Shown: positions 30,001 through 45,449, numbered from the stretch's first letter. The stretch is DNA of 64,000 bases from Eledone cirrhosa (GCA_964016885.1 OZ024760.1:33232001-33296000); one strand, 5' to 3'. Program-made: numbers and translations. Notes: generated by a model not told the origin, from the sequence alone.

Positions 30001-33000
30001 CTTTACTACCAGTTAACGGAGGTAACACCCCTTATCTCAGCTTTACTACCAGTTAACTGAGGTAACACTCCTTATCTCAGCTTTGCTACCAGTGAATTGA
30101 GGTAACACTCCTTACCTGAGCTTTACTACCAGTTAACTGAGGTAACATCCCTTATCTCAGCTTTACTACCAGTTAACTGGGGTACACCCCTTATCTCACC
30201 TTTACTACCACTTAACTGAGGTAACACTCCTTATCTCAGCTTTACTACCTGTTAACTGAGGTAACACCCCTTATCTCAGCTTTACTACCAGTTAACTGGG
30301 GTACATCCCTTATCTCAGCTTTACTACCAGTTAACTGAGGTAACACCCCTTATCTCAGCTTTACTACCAGTGAACTGAGGTAACATCCCTTATCTCAGCT
30401 TTACTACCAGTGAACTGAGGTAACACCCCTTATCTCAGCTTTACAACCAGTTAACTGAGGTAACACTCCTTATCTCAGCTTTACTACCAGTTAACTGAGG
30501 TAACATCCCTTATCTCAGCTTTACTACCAGTTAACTGAGGTAACATCCCTTATCTCAGCTTTACTACAAGTTAACTGAGGTAACACTCCTTATCTCAGCT
30601 TTACTACCAGTTAACTGGGGTACATCCCTTACCTCAACTTTACTACCAGTTAACTTGGGTACATCCCTTATCTCAGCTTTACTACCAGTTAACTGAGGTA
30701 ACACCCCTTATCTCAGCTTTACTACCAGTTAACTGGGGTAAAACCCCTTATCTCAGCTTTACTCCCAGTTAATTGAGGTAACACCCCTTACCTCAGCTTT
30801 ACTACCAGTTAACTGAGGTAACACTCCTTATCTCAGCTTTACTCCCAGTGAACTGAGGTAACACCCCTTATCTCAGCTTTACTACCAGTGAACTGAGGTA
30901 ACATCCCTTATCTCAGATTTACTACCAGTTAACTGAGGTAACATCCCTTATCTCAGCTTTACTACCAGTTAACTGAGGTAACACCCCTTATCTCAACTTT
31001 ACTACCAGTTAACTGAGGTAACACTCCTTATCTCAGCTTTACTACCAGTTAACTGAGGTAACACTCCTTATCTCAGCTTTAATACCAGTTAACTGAGGTA
31101 ACACCCCTTATCTCAGCTTTAATACCAGTTAACTGAGGTAACACCCCTTATCTCAGCTTTAATACCAGTTAACTGAGGTAACACCCCTTATCTCAGCTTT
31201 ACTACCAGTTAACTGAGGTAACACCCCTTATCTCAGCTTTACTACCAGTTAACTGAGGTAACACCCCTTATCTCAGCTTTAATACCAGTTAACTGAGGTA
31301 ACACCCCTTATCTCAGCTTTAATACCAGTTAACTGAGGTAACACCCCTTATCTCAGCTTTACTACCAGTGAACTGAGGTAACACACCTTATCTCAGCTTT
31401 ACTACCAGTTAACTGAGGTAACACCCCTTATCTCAGCTTTACTACCAGTGAACTGAGGTAACACACCTTATCTCAGCTTTAATAACAGTTAACTGAGGTA
31501 ACATCCCTTATATCAGAATTACTACCAGTTAACAGAGGTATCACCCCTTATCTCAGCTTTACTACCAGTTAACTGAGGTAACACTCCTTATCTCAGCTTT
31601 ACTACCAGTTAACTGAGGTAACACCCCTTATCTCAGCTTTACTACCAGTTAACTGGGGTAACATCCCTTATCTCAGCTTTACTACCAGTGAACTGAGGTA
31701 ACACCCCTTATCTCAGCTTTACTACCAGTTAACTGAGGTAACACTCCTTATCTCAGCTTTACTACCAGTTAACTGAGGTAACACCCCTTACCTCAGCTTT
31801 ACTACCAGTTAACTGAGGTAACACCCCTTATCTCAGCTTTACTACCAGTTAACTGAGGTAACATCCCTTATCTCAGCTTTACTACCAGTGAACTGGGGTA
31901 ACACCCCTTATCTCAGCTTTACTACCAGTTAACTGAGGTAACACCCCTTATCTCAGCTTTACTACCAGTTAACTGAGGTAACACCCCTTATCTCAGCTTT
32001 ACTACCAGTGAACTGGGGTAACACCACTTATCTCAGCTTTACAACCAGTTAACTGAGGTAACACCCCTTATCTCAGCTTTGCTACCAGTGAACTGAGGTA
32101 ACACTCCTTATCTCAACTTTACTACCAGTTAACTGAGGTAACACCCCTTATCTCAGCTTTACTACCAGTTAACTGAGGTAACACCCCTTATCTCAGCTTT
32201 ACTACCAGTGAACTGAGGTAACACCCCTTATCTCAGCTTTACTACCAGTTAACTGAGGTAACACCCCTTATCTCAGCTTTACTACCAGTTAACTGAGGTA
32301 ACATCCCTTATCTCAGCTTTACTACCAGTTAACTGAGGTAACACCCCTTATCTCAGCTTTACTACCAGTGAACTGAGGTAACACTCCTTATCTCAGCTTT
32401 ACTACCAGTGAACTGAGGTAACACTCCTTATCTCAGCTTTACTACCAGTTAACTGAGGTAACACCCCTTATCTCAGCTTTACTACCAGTTAACTGAGGTA
32501 ACATCCCTTATCTCAGCTTTACTACCAGTTAACTGAGGTAACACCCCTTATCTCAGCTTTACTACCAGTTAACTGAGGTAACACCCCTTATCTCAGCTTT
32601 ACTACCAGTTAACTGAGGTAACACCCCTTATCTCAGCTTTACTACCAGTTAACTGAGGTAACACTCCTAATCTCAGCTTTACTACCAGTTAACTGAGGTA
32701 ACATCCCTTATCTCAGCTTTACTACCAGTTAACTGAGGTAACACCCCTTATCTCAGCTTTACTACCAGTTAACTGAGGTAACATCCCTTATCTCAGCTTT
32801 ACTACCAGTGAACTGAGGTAACACCCCTTATCTCAGCTTTACTACCAGTGAACTGAGGTAACACTCCTTATCTCAGCTTTACTACCAGTGAACTGAGGTA
32901 ACACTCCTTATCTCAGCTTTACTACCAGTGAACTGAGGTAACACCCCTTATCTCAGCTTTACTACCAGTGAACTGAGGTAACATCCCTTATCTCAGCTTT

Positions 33001-36000
33001 ACTACCAGTGAACTGAGGTAACACCCCTTATCTCAGCTTTACTACCAGTTAACTGAGGTAACACTCCTTATCTCAGCTTTGCTACCAGTGAACTGAGGTA
33101 ACACTCCTTACCTGAGCTTTACTACCAGTTAACTGAGGTAACATCCCTTATCTCAGCTTTACTACCAGTTAACGGAGGTAACACCCCTTATCTCAGCTTT
33201 ACTACAAGTTAACTGAGGTAACACTCCTTATCTCAGCTTTGCTACCAGTGAATTGAGGTAACACTCCTTACCTGAGCTTTACTACCAGTTAACTGAGGTA
33301 ACATCCCTTATCTCAGCTTTACTACCAGTTAACTGGGGTACACCCCTTATCTCACCTTTACTACCACTTAACTGAGGTAACACTCCTTATCTCAGCTTTA
33401 CTACCTGTTAACTGAGGTAACACCCCTTATCTCAGCTTTACTACCAGTTAACTGGGGTACATCCCTTATCTCAGCTTTACTACCAGTTAACTGAGGTAAC
33501 ACCCCTTATCTCAGCTTTACTACCAGTGAACTGAGGTAACATCCCTTATCTCAGCTTTACTACCAGTGAACTGAGGTAACACCCCTTATCTCAGCTTTAC
33601 AACCAGTTAACTGAGGTAACACTCCTTATCTCAGCTTTACTACCAGTTAACTGAGGTAACATCCCTTATCTCAGCTTTACTACCAGTTAACTGAGGTAAC
33701 ATCCCTTATCTCAGCTTTACTACAAGTTAACTGAGGTAACACTCCTTATCTCAGCTTTACTACCAGTTAACTGGGGTACATCCCTTACCTCAACTTTACT
33801 ACCAGTTAACTTGGGTACATCCCTTATCTCAGCTTTACTACCAGTTAACTGAGGTAACACCCCTTATCTCAGCTTTACTACCAGTTAACTGGGGTAAAAC
33901 CCCTTATCTCAGCTTTACTCCCAGTTAATTGAGGTAACACCCCTTACCTCAGCTTTACTACCAGTTAACTGAGGTAACACTCCTTATCTCAGCTTTACTA
34001 CCAGGTAAGTGAGGTAACACCCCTTACCTCAGCTTTACTACCAGTTAACTGAGGTAAAACCCCTTATCTCAGCTTTACTACCAGTTAACTGAGGTAACAC
34101 TCCTTATCTCAGCTTTACTACCAGTTAACTGAAGTAACACCCCTTACCTCAGCTTTACTACCAGTTAACTGAGGTAACACCCCTTACCTCAGCGTTACTA
34201 CCAGTTAACTGAGGTTACAACCCGTATCTCAGCTTTACTAACAGTTAACTGAGGTAACACACCTTATCTCAGCTTTACTACCAGTTAACTGAGGTAACAG
34301 TCCTTATCTAAGCTTTACTACCATTTATTGGGGTAACATCCCTTATCTCAGCTTTACTCCCAGTTAACTGAGGTAACACTCCTTATCTCAGCTTTACTAC
34401 CAGTTAACTGAGGTAACACCCCTTACCTCAGCTTTACTACCAGTTAACTGAGGTAACTCCCCTTATCTCAGCTTTACTACCAGTTAACTGAGGTAACATC
34501 CCTAATCTCAGCTTTACTACGAGTGAACTGAGCTAACACCCCTTATCTCAGCTTTACTCCCAGTTAACTGAGGTAACACCCCTTATCTCAGCTTTACTAC
34601 CAGTTAACTGAGGTAACATCCCTTACCTCAGCGTTACTACCAGTTAACTGAGGTAACACCCCTTATCTCAGCTTTACTACCAGTGAACTGAAGTAACACC
34701 CTTTATCTCAGCTTTACTACCAGTTAACTGAGGTAACACTCCTTATCTCAGCTTTCCTACCAGTTAACTGAGGTAACACCCCTTATCTCAGCTTTACTAC
34801 CAGTTAACTGAGGTAACACCCCTTATCTCAGCTTTACTCCCAGTTAACTGAGGTAATATCTCTTACCTCAGCTTTACTACCAGTTAACTGAGGTAACACC
34901 CCTTATCTCAGCTTTACTACCAGTTAACTGAGGTAACACCCCTTATCTCAGCTTTACTACCAGTTAACTGAGGTAACACCCCTTATCTCAGCTTTACTAC
35001 CAGTTAACTGAGGTACACCACTTATCTCAGCTTTACTACCAGTGAACTGAGGTAACACCCCTTATCTCAGCTTTACTACCAGTTTACTGAGGTAACACCC
35101 CTTATCTCAGCTTTACTACCAGTTAACTGAGGTAACACCCCTTATCTCAGCTTTACTACCAGTTAACTGAGGTAACACCACTTATCTCAGCTTTACTACC
35201 AGTTAACTGAGGTAACACCCCTTATCTCAGCTTTACTACCAGTTAACTGAGGTAACACCACTTATCTCAGCTTTACTACCAGTTAACTGAGGTAACACCC
35301 CTTATCTCAGCTTTACTACCAGTTAACTGAGGTAACACCCCTTATCTCAGCTTTACTACCAGTTAACTGAGGTAACACCACTTATCTCAGCTTTACTACC
35401 AGTTAACTGAGGTAACACCCCTTATCTCAGCTTTAATACCAGTTAACTGAGGTAACACAACTTATCTCAGCTTTACTACCAGTGAACTGAGGTAACACCC
35501 CTTATCTCAGCTTTACTACCAGTTAACTGAGGTAACACCCCTTATCTCAGCTTTACTACCAGTTAACTGAGGTAACACCCCTTATCTCAGCTTTACTACC
35601 AGTTAACTGAGGTAACACCACTTATCTCAGCTTTACTACCAGTTAACTGAGGTAACACCCCTTATCTCAGCTTTACTACCAGTTAACTGAGGTAACACCC
35701 CTTATCTCAGCTTTACTACCAGTTAACTGAGGTAACACCCCTTATCTCAGCTTTACTACCAGTTAACTGAGGTAACACCCCTTATCTCAGCTTTACTACC
35801 AGTTAACTGAGGTAACACCCTTTATCTCAGCTTTACTACCAGTTAACTGAGGTAACACCCCTTATCTCAGCTTTACTACCAGTTAACTGAGGTAACACCC
35901 CTTATCTCAGCTTTACTAGCAGTTAACTGAGGTAACACCACTTATCTCAGCTTTACTACCAGTGAACTGAGGTAACACCCCTTATCTCAGCTTTACTACC

Positions 36001-39000
36001 AGTTAACTGAGGTAACACCCCTTATCTCAGCTTTACTACCAGTTAACTGAGGTAACACCCCTTATCTCAGCTTTACTACCAGTTAACTGAGGTAACACCA
36101 CTTATCTCAGCTTTACTACCAGTGAACTGAGGTAACACCCCTTATCTCAGCTTTACTACCAGTTAACTGAGGTAACACCCCTTATCTCAGCTTTACTACC
36201 AGTTAACTGAGGTAACACCCCTTATCTCAGCTTTACTACCAGTTAACTGAGGTAACACCACTTATCTCAGCTTTACTACCAGTTAACTGAGGTAACACCC
36301 CTTATCTCAGCTTTACTACCAGTTAACTGAGGTAACACCCCTTATCTCAGCTTTACTACCAGTTAACTGAGGTAACACCCCTTATCTCAGCTTTACTACC
36401 AGTTAACTGAGGTAACACCCCTTATCTCAGCTTTACTCCCAGTTAACTTGGGTACATCCCTTATCTCAGCTTTACTACCAGTTAACTGAGGTAACACCCC
36501 TTATCTCAGCTTTACTCCCAGTTAACTTGGGTACATCCCTTATCTCAGCTTTACTACCAGTTAACTGAGGTAACACCCCTTATCTCAGCTTTACTACCAG
36601 TTAACTGAGGTAACACCCCTTATCTCAGCTTTACTACCAGTTAACTGAGGTAACACCCCTTATCTCAACTTTACTTCACTTAACTGAGGTAACACCCCTT
36701 ATCTCAGCTTTACTCCCAGTTCTCTGAGGTAACATCTCTTACCTCAACTTTACTACCAGTGAACTGAGGTAACACCCCTTATCTCAGCTTTACTACCAGT
36801 GAACTGAGGTAACATCCCTTATCTCAGATTTACTACCAGTTAACTGAGGTAACATCCCTTATCTCAGCTTTACTACCAGTTAACTGAGGTAACACCCCTT
36901 ATCTCAACTTTACTACCAGTTAACTGAGGTAACACTCCTTATCTCAGCTTTACTACCAGTTAACTGGGGTACATCCCTTACCTCAACTTTACTACCAGTT
37001 AACTTGGGTACATCCCTTATCTCAGCTTTACTACCAGTTAACTGAGGTAACACCCCTTATCTCAGCTTTACTACCAGTTAACTGGGGTAAAACCCCTTAT
37101 CTCAGCTTTACTCCCAGTTAATTGAGGTAACACCCCTTACCTCAGCTTTACTACCAGTTAACTGAGGTAACACTCCTTATCTCAGCTTTACTCCCAGTGA
37201 ACTGAGGTAACACCCCTTATCTCAGCTTTACTACCAGTGAACTGAGGTAACATCCCTTATCTCAGATTTACTACCAGTTAACTGAGGTAACATCCCTTAT
37301 CTCAGCTTTACTACCAGTTAACTGAGGTAACACCCCTTATCTCAACTTTACTACCAGTTAACTGAGGTAACACTCCTTATCTCAGCTTTACTACCAGTTA
37401 ACTGAGGTAACACTCCTTATCTCAGCTTTAATACCAGTTAACTGAGGTAACACCCCTTATCTCAGCTTTAATACCAGTTAACTGAGGTAACACCCCTTAT
37501 CTCAGCTTTAATACCAGTTAACTGAGGTAACACCCCTTATCTCAGCTTTACTACCAGTTAACTGAGGTAACACCCCTTATCTCAGCTTTACTACCAGTTA
37601 ACTGAGGTAACACCCCTTATCTCAGCTTTAATACCAGTTAACTGAGGTAACATCCCTTACCTCAGCTTTACTACCAGTGAACTGAAGTAACACCCTTTAT
37701 CTCAGCTTTACTACCAGTTAACTGAGGTAACACTCCTTATCTCAGCTTTCCTACCAGTTAACTGAGGTAACACCCCTTATCTCAGCTTTACTACCAGTTA
37801 ACTGAGGTAACACCCCTTATCTCAGCTTTACTCCCAGTTAACTGAGGTAATATCTCTTACCTCAGCTTTACTACCAGTTAACTGAGGTAACACCCCTTAT
37901 CTCAGCTTTACTACCAGTTAACTGAGGTAACACCCCTTATCTCAGCTTTACTACCAGTTAACTGAGGTAACACCCCTTATCTCAGCTTTACTACCAGTTA
38001 ACTGAGGTACACCACTTATCTCAGCTTTACTACCAGTGAACTGAGGTAACACCCCTTATCTCAGCTTTACTACCAGTTTACTGAGGTAACACCCCTTATC
38101 TCAGCTTTACTACCAGTTAACTGAGGTAACACCCCTTATCTCAGCTTTACTACCAGTTAACTGAGGTAACACCACTTATCTCAGCTTTACTACCAGTTAA
38201 CTGAGGTAACACCCCTTATCTCAGCTTTACTACCAGTTAACTGAGGTAACACCACTTATCTCAGCTTTACTACCAGTTAACTGAGGTAACACCCCTTATC
38301 TCAGCTTTACTACCAGTTAACTGAGGTAACACCCCTTATCTCAGCTTTACTACCAGTTAACTGAGGTAACACCACTTATCTCAGCTTTACTACCAGTTAA
38401 CTGAGGTAACACCCCTTATCTCAGCTTTAATACCAGTTAACTGAGGTAACACAACTTATCTCAGCTTTACTACCAGTGAACTGAGGTAACACCCCTTATC
38501 TCAGCTTTACTACCAGTTAACTGAGGTAACACCCCTTATCTCAGCTTTACTACCAGTTAACTGAGGTAACACCCCTTATCTCAGCTTTACTACCAGTTAA
38601 CTGAGGTAACACCACTTATCTCAGCTTTACTACCAGTTAACTGAGGTAACACCCCTTATCTCAGCTTTACTACCAGTTAACTGAGGTAACACCCCTTATC
38701 TCAGCTTTACTACCAGTTAACTGAGGTAACACCCCTTATCTCAGCTTTACTACCAGTTAACTGAGGTAACACCCCTTATCTCAGCTTTACTACCAGTTAA
38801 CTGAGGTAACACCCTTTATCTCAGCTTTACTACCAGTTAACTGAGGTAACACCCCTTATCTCAGCTTTACTACCAGTTAACTGAGGTAACACCCCTTATC
38901 TCAGCTTTACTAGCAGTTAACTGAGGTAACACCACTTATCTCAGCTTTACTACCAGTGAACTGAGGTAACACCCCTTATCTCAGCTTTACTACCAGTTAA

Positions 39001-42000
39001 CTGAGGTAACACCCCTTATCTCAGCTTTACTACCAGTTAACTGAGGTAACACCCCTTATCTCAGCTTTACTACCAGTTAACTGAGGTAACACCACTTATC
39101 TCAGCTTTACTACCAGTGAACTGAGGTAACACCCCTTATCTCAGCTTTACTACCAGTTAACTGAGGTAACACCCCTTATCTCAGCTTTACTACCAGTTAA
39201 CTGAGGTAACACCCCTTATCTCAGCTTTACTACCAGTTAACTGAGGTAACACCACTTATCTCAGCTTTACTACCAGTTAACTGAGGTAACACCCCTTATC
39301 TCAGCTTTACTACCAGTTAACTGAGGTAACACCCCTTATCTCAGCTTTACTACCAGTTAACTGAGGTAACACCCCTTATCTCAGCTTTACTACCAGTTAA
39401 CTGAGGTAACACCCCTTATCTCAGCTTTACTCCCAGTTAACTTGGGTACATCCCTTATCTCAGCTTTACTACCAGTTAACTGAGGTAACACCCCTTATCT
39501 CAGCTTTACTCCCAGTTAACTTGGGTACATCCCTTATCTCAGCTTTACTACCAGTTAACTGAGGTAACACCCCTTATCTCAGCTTTACTACCAGTTAACT
39601 GAGGTAACACCCCTTATCTCAGCTTTACTACCAGTTAACTGAGGTAACACCCCTTATCTCAGCTTTACTTCACTTAACTGAGGTAACACCCCTTATCTCA
39701 GCTTTACTCCCAGTTCTCTGAGGTAACATCTCTTACCTCAACTTTACTACCAGTGAACTGAGGTAACACCCCTTATCTCAGCTTTACTACCAGTGAACTG
39801 AGGTAACATCCCTTATCTCAGATTTACTACCAGTTAACTGAGGTAACATCCCTTATCTCAGCTTTACTACCAGTTAACTGAGGTAACACCCCTTATCTCA
39901 ACTTTACTACCAGTTAACTGAGGTAACACTCCTTATCTCAGCTTTACTACCAGTTAACTGGGGTACATCCCTTACCTCAACTTTACTACCAGTTAACTTG
40001 GGTACATCCCTTATCTCAGCTTTACTACCAGTTAACTGAGGTAACACCCCTTATCTCAGCTTTACTACCAGTTAACTGGGGTAAAACCCCTTATCTCAGC
40101 TTTACTCCCAGTTAATTGAGGTAACACCCCTTACCTCAGCTTTACTACCAGTTAACTGAGGTAACACTCCTTATCTCAGCTTTACTCCCAGTGAACTGAG
40201 GTAACACCCCTTATCTCAGCTTTACTACCAGTGAACTGAGGTAACATCCCTTATCTCAGATTTACTACCAGTTAACTGAGGTAACATCCCTTATCTCAGC
40301 TTTACTACCAGTTAACTGAGGTAACACCCCTTATCTCAACTTTACTACCAGTTAACTGAGGTAACACTCCTTATCTCAGCTTTACTACCAGTTAACTGAG
40401 GTAACACTCCTTATCTCAGCTTTAATACCAGTTAACTGAGGTAACACCCCTTATCTCAGCTTTAATACCAGTTAACTGAGGTAACACCCCTTATCTCAGC
40501 TTTAATACCAGTTAACTGAGGTAACACCCCTTATCTCAGCTTTACTACCAGTTAACTGAGGTAACACCCCTTATCTCAGCTTTACTACCAGTTAACTGAG
40601 GTAACACCCCTTATCTCAGCTTTAATACCAGTTAACTGAGGTAACACCCCTTATCTCAGCTTTAATACCAGTTAACTGAGGTAACACCCCTTATCTCAGC
40701 TTTACTACCAGTGAACTGAGGTAACACACCTTATCTCAGCTTTACTACCAGTTAACTGAGGTAACACCCCTTATCTCAGCTTTACTACCAGTGAACTGAG
40801 GTAACACACCTTATCTCAGCTTTAATAACAGTTAACTGAGGTAACATCCCTTATATCAGAATTACTACCAGTTAACAGAGGTATCACCCCTTATCTCAGC
40901 TTTACTACCAGTTAACTGAGGTAACACTCCTTATCTCAGCTTTACTACCAGTTAACTGAGGTAACACCCCTTATCTCAGCTTTACTACCAGTTAACTGGG
41001 GTAACATCCCTTATCTCAGCTTTACTACCAGTGAACTGAGGTAACACCCCTTATCTCAGCTTTACTACCAGTTAACTGAGGTAACACTCCTTATCTCAGC
41101 TTTACTACCAGTTAACTGAGGTAACACCCCTTACCTCAGCTTTACTACCAGTTAACTGAGGTAACACCCCTTATCTCAGCTTTACTACCAGTTAACTGAG
41201 GTAACATCCCTTATCTCAGCTTTACTACCAGTGAACTGGGGTAACACCCCTTATCTCAGCTTTACTACCAGTTAACTGAGGTAACACCCCTTATCTCAGC
41301 TTTACTACCAGTTAACTGAGGTAACACCCCTTATCTCAGCTTTACTACCAGTGAACTGGGGTAACACCACTTATCTCAGCTTTACAACCAGTTAACTGAG
41401 GTAACACCCCTTATCTCAGCTTTGCTACCAGTGAACTGAGGTAACACTCCTTATCTCAACTTTACTACCAGTTAACTGAGGTAACACCCCTTATCTCAGC
41501 TTTACTACCAGTTAACTGAGGTAACATCCCTTATCTCAGCTTTACTACCAGTTAACTGAGGTAACACCCCTTATCTCAGCTTTACTACCAGTGAACTGAG
41601 GTAACACCCCTTATCTCAGCTTTACTACCAGTTAACTGAGGTAACACCCCTTATCTCAGCTTTACTACCAGTTAACTGAGGTAACATCCCTTATCTCAGC
41701 TTTACTACCAGTTAACTGAGGTAACACCCCTTATCTCAGCTTTACTACCAGTGAACTGAGGTAACACTCCTTATCTCAACTTTACTACCAGTGAACTGAG
41801 GTAACACTCCTTATCTCAGCTTTACTACCAGTTAACTGAGGTAACACCCCTTATCTCAGCTTTACTACCAGTTAACTGAGGTAACATCCCTTATCTCAGC
41901 TTTACTACCAGTTAACTGAGGTAACACCCCTTACCTCAGCTTTACTACCAGTTAACTGAGGTAACACTCCTTATCTCAGCTTTACTACCAGGTAAGTGAG

Positions 42001-45000
42001 GTAACACCCCTTACCTCAGCTTTACTACCAGTTAACTGAGGTAACACCCCTTATCTCAGCTTTACTACCAGTTAACTGAGGTAACACTCCTTATCTCAGC
42101 TTTACTACCAGTTAACTGAGGTAACACCCCTTATCTCAGCTTTACTACCAGTTAACTGAGGTAACACTCCTTATCTCAGCTTTACTACCAGTTAACTGAA
42201 GTAACACCCCTTACCTCAGCTTTACTACCAGTTAACTGAGGTAACACCCCTTACCTCAGCGTTACTACCAGTTAACTGAGGTTACAACCCGTATCTCAGC
42301 TTTACTAACAGTTAACTGAGGTAACACACCTTATCTCAGCTTTACTACCAGTTAACTGAGGTAACAGTCCTTATCTAAGCTTTACTACCATTTATTGGGG
42401 TAACATCCCTTATCTCAGCTTTACTCCCAGTTAACTGAGGTAACACTCCTTATCTCAGCTTTACTACCAGTTAACTGAGGTAACACCCCTTACCTCAGCT
42501 TTACTACCAGTTAACTGAGGTAACTCCCCTTATCTCAGCTTTACTATCAGTTAACTGAGGTAACATCCCTAATCTCAGCTTTACTACGAGTGAACTGAGC
42601 TAACACCCCTTATCTCAGCTTTACTCCCAGTTAACTGAGGTAACACCCCTTATCTCAGCTTTACTACCAGTTAACTGAGGTAACATCCCTTACCTCAGCG
42701 TTACTACCAGTTAACTGAGGTAACACCCCTTATCTCAGCTTTACTACCAGTGAACTGAAGTAACACCCTTTATCTCAGCTTTACTACCAGTTAACTGAGG
42801 TAACACTCCTTATCTCAGCTTTCCTACCAGTTAACTGAGGTAACACCCCTTATCTCAGCTTTACTACCAGTTAACTGAGGTAACACCCCTTATCTCAGCT
42901 TTACTCCCAGTTAACTGAGGTAATATCTCTTACCTCAGCTTTACTACCAGTTAACTGAGGTAACACCCCTTATCTCAGCTTTACTACCAGTTAACTGAGG
43001 TAACACCCCTTATCTCAGCTTTACTACCAGTTAACTGAGGTAACACCCCTTATCTCAGCTTTACTACCAGTTAACTGAGGTACACCACTTATCTCAGCTT
43101 TACTACCAGTGAACTGAGGTAACACCCCTTATCTCAGCTTTACTACCAGTTTACTGAGGTAACACCCCTTATCTCAGCTTTACTACCAGTTAACTGAGGT
43201 AACACCCCTTATCTCAGCTTTACTACCAGTTAACTGAGGTAACACCACTTATCTCAGCTTTACTACCAGTTAACTGAGGTAACACCCCTTATCTCAGCTT
43301 TACTACCAGTTAACTGAGGTAACACCACTTATCTCAGCTTTACTACCAGTTAACTGAGGTAACACCCCTTATCTCAGCTTTACTACCAGTTAACCGAGGT
43401 AACACCCCTTATCTCAGCTTTACTACCAGTTAACTGAGGTAACACCACTTATCTCAGCTTTACTACCAGTTAACTGAGGTAACACCCCTTATCTCAGCTT
43501 TAATACCAGTTAACTGAGGTAACACAACTTATCTCAGCTTTACTACCAGTGAACTGAGGTAACACCCCTTATCTCAGCTCTACTACCAGTTAACTGAGGT
43601 AACACCCCTTATCTCAGCTTTACTACCAGTTAACTGAGGTAACACCCCTTATCTCAGCTTTACTACCAGTTAACTGAGGTAACACCCTTTATCTCAGCTT
43701 TACTACCAGTTAACTGAGGTAACACCCCTTATCTCAGCTTTACTACCAGTTAACTGAGGTAACACCCCTTATCTCAGCTTTACTACCAGTTAACTGAGGT
43801 AACACCCCTTATCTCAGCTTTACTAGCAGTTAACTGAGGTAACACCACTTATCTCAGCTTTACTACCAGTGAACTGAGGTAACACCCCTTATCTCAGCTT
43901 TACTACCAGTTAACTGAGGTAACACCCCTTATCTCAGCTTTACTACCAGTTAACTGAGGTAACACCCCTTATCTCAGCTTTACTACCAGTTAACTGAGGT
44001 AACACCACTTATCTCAGCTTTACTACCAGTGAACTGAGGTAACACCCCTTATCTCAGCTTTACTACCAGTTAACTGAGGTAACACCCCTTATCTCAGCTT
44101 TACTACCAGTTAACTGAGGTAACACCCCTTATCTCAGCTTTACTACCAGTTAACTGAGGTAACACCACTTATCTCAGCTTTACTACCAGTTAACTGAGGT
44201 AACACCACTTATCTCAGCTTTACTACCAGTTAACTGAGGTAACACCCCTTATCTCAGCTTTACTACCAGTTAACTGAGGTAACACCCCTTATCTCAGCTT
44301 TACTACCAGTTAACTGAGGTAACACCCCTTATCTCAGCTTTACTACCAGTTAACTGAGGTAACACCCCTTATCTCAGCTTTACTCCCAGTTAACTTGGGT
44401 ACATCCCTTATCTCAGCTTTACTACCAGTTAACTGAGGTAACACCCCTTATCTCAGCTTTACTCCCAGTTAACTTGGGTACATCCCTTATCTCAGCTTTA
44501 CTACCAGTTAACTGAGGTAACACCCCTTATCTCAGCTTTACTACCAGTTAACTGAGGTAACACCCCTTATCTCAGCTTTACTACCAGTTAACTGAGGTAA
44601 CACCCCTTATCTCAGCTTTACTTCACTTAACTGAGGTAACACCCCTTATCTCAGCTTTACTCCCAGTTCTCTGAGGTAACATCTCTTACCTCAACTTTAC
44701 TACCAGTGAACTGAGGTAACACCCCTTATCTCAGCTTCACTACCAGTTAACTGAGGTAACACCCCTTATCTCAGCTTTACTCCCAGTTCACTGAGGTAAC
44801 ATCTCTTACCTCAACTTTACTACCAGTGAACTGAGGTAACACCCCTTATCTCAGCTTCACTACCAGTTAACTGAGGTAACACTCCTTATCTCAGCTTTAC
44901 TACCAGTTAACTGATGCAACACCCCTTATCTCAGCTTTACTCCCAGTTAACTGAGGTAATATCTCTTACCTCAGCCTTACTACCAGTTAACTGAGGTAAC

Positions 45001-45449
45001 ACCCCTTATCTCAGCTTTACTACCAGTGAACTGAGGTAACACCCCTTATCTCAGCTTTACTACCAGTGAACTGAGGTGACACTCATTATCTCAGCTTTAC
45101 TATCAGTTAACTGAGGTAACACCCCTTATCTCAGCTCTACTACCAGTTAACTGAGGTAACACCCCTTATCTCAGCTTTACTACCAGTGAACTGGGGTAAC
45201 ACCCCTTATCTCAGCTTTACTACCAGTTAACTGAGGTAACACTCCTTATCTCAGCTTTACTACCAGTTAACTGAGGTAACATCCCTTACCTCAGCTTTAC
45301 TCCCAGTTAACTGGGGTAACATCCCTTTCCTCAGCTTTACTCCCAGTTAACTGGGGTAACATCCCTTATCTCAGCTTTACTCCCAGTTAACTGGGGTAAC
45401 ATCCCTTATCTCAGCTTCACTACCAGTTAACTGGGGTAACACCTCTTAT
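1..45449. repeat. 40-bp tandem satellite, consensus CAGCTTTACTACCAGT(T/G)AACTGAGGTAACACCCCTTATCT, about 1,135 monomers, open at the left edge
   Basis: Uninterrupted 40-bp periodicity from base 1 to ...GGGGTAACACCTCTTAT at 45449. Only point variants and occasional 1-bp indels; no spacers; no ORF in the track. Confidence 0.99.

Noticed and set aside
1-45449. CRISPR array (palindromic repeats of about 40 bp)
   Set aside because: Monomers are contiguous with no unique spacers, there are no cas genes, and the context is eukaryotic.
1-45449. Coding tandem repeat or telomeric repeat
   Set aside because: The 40-bp unit has TAA/TGA on both strands and is not a multiple of 3, so all frames close. It has no resemblance to TTAGGG-type repeats.
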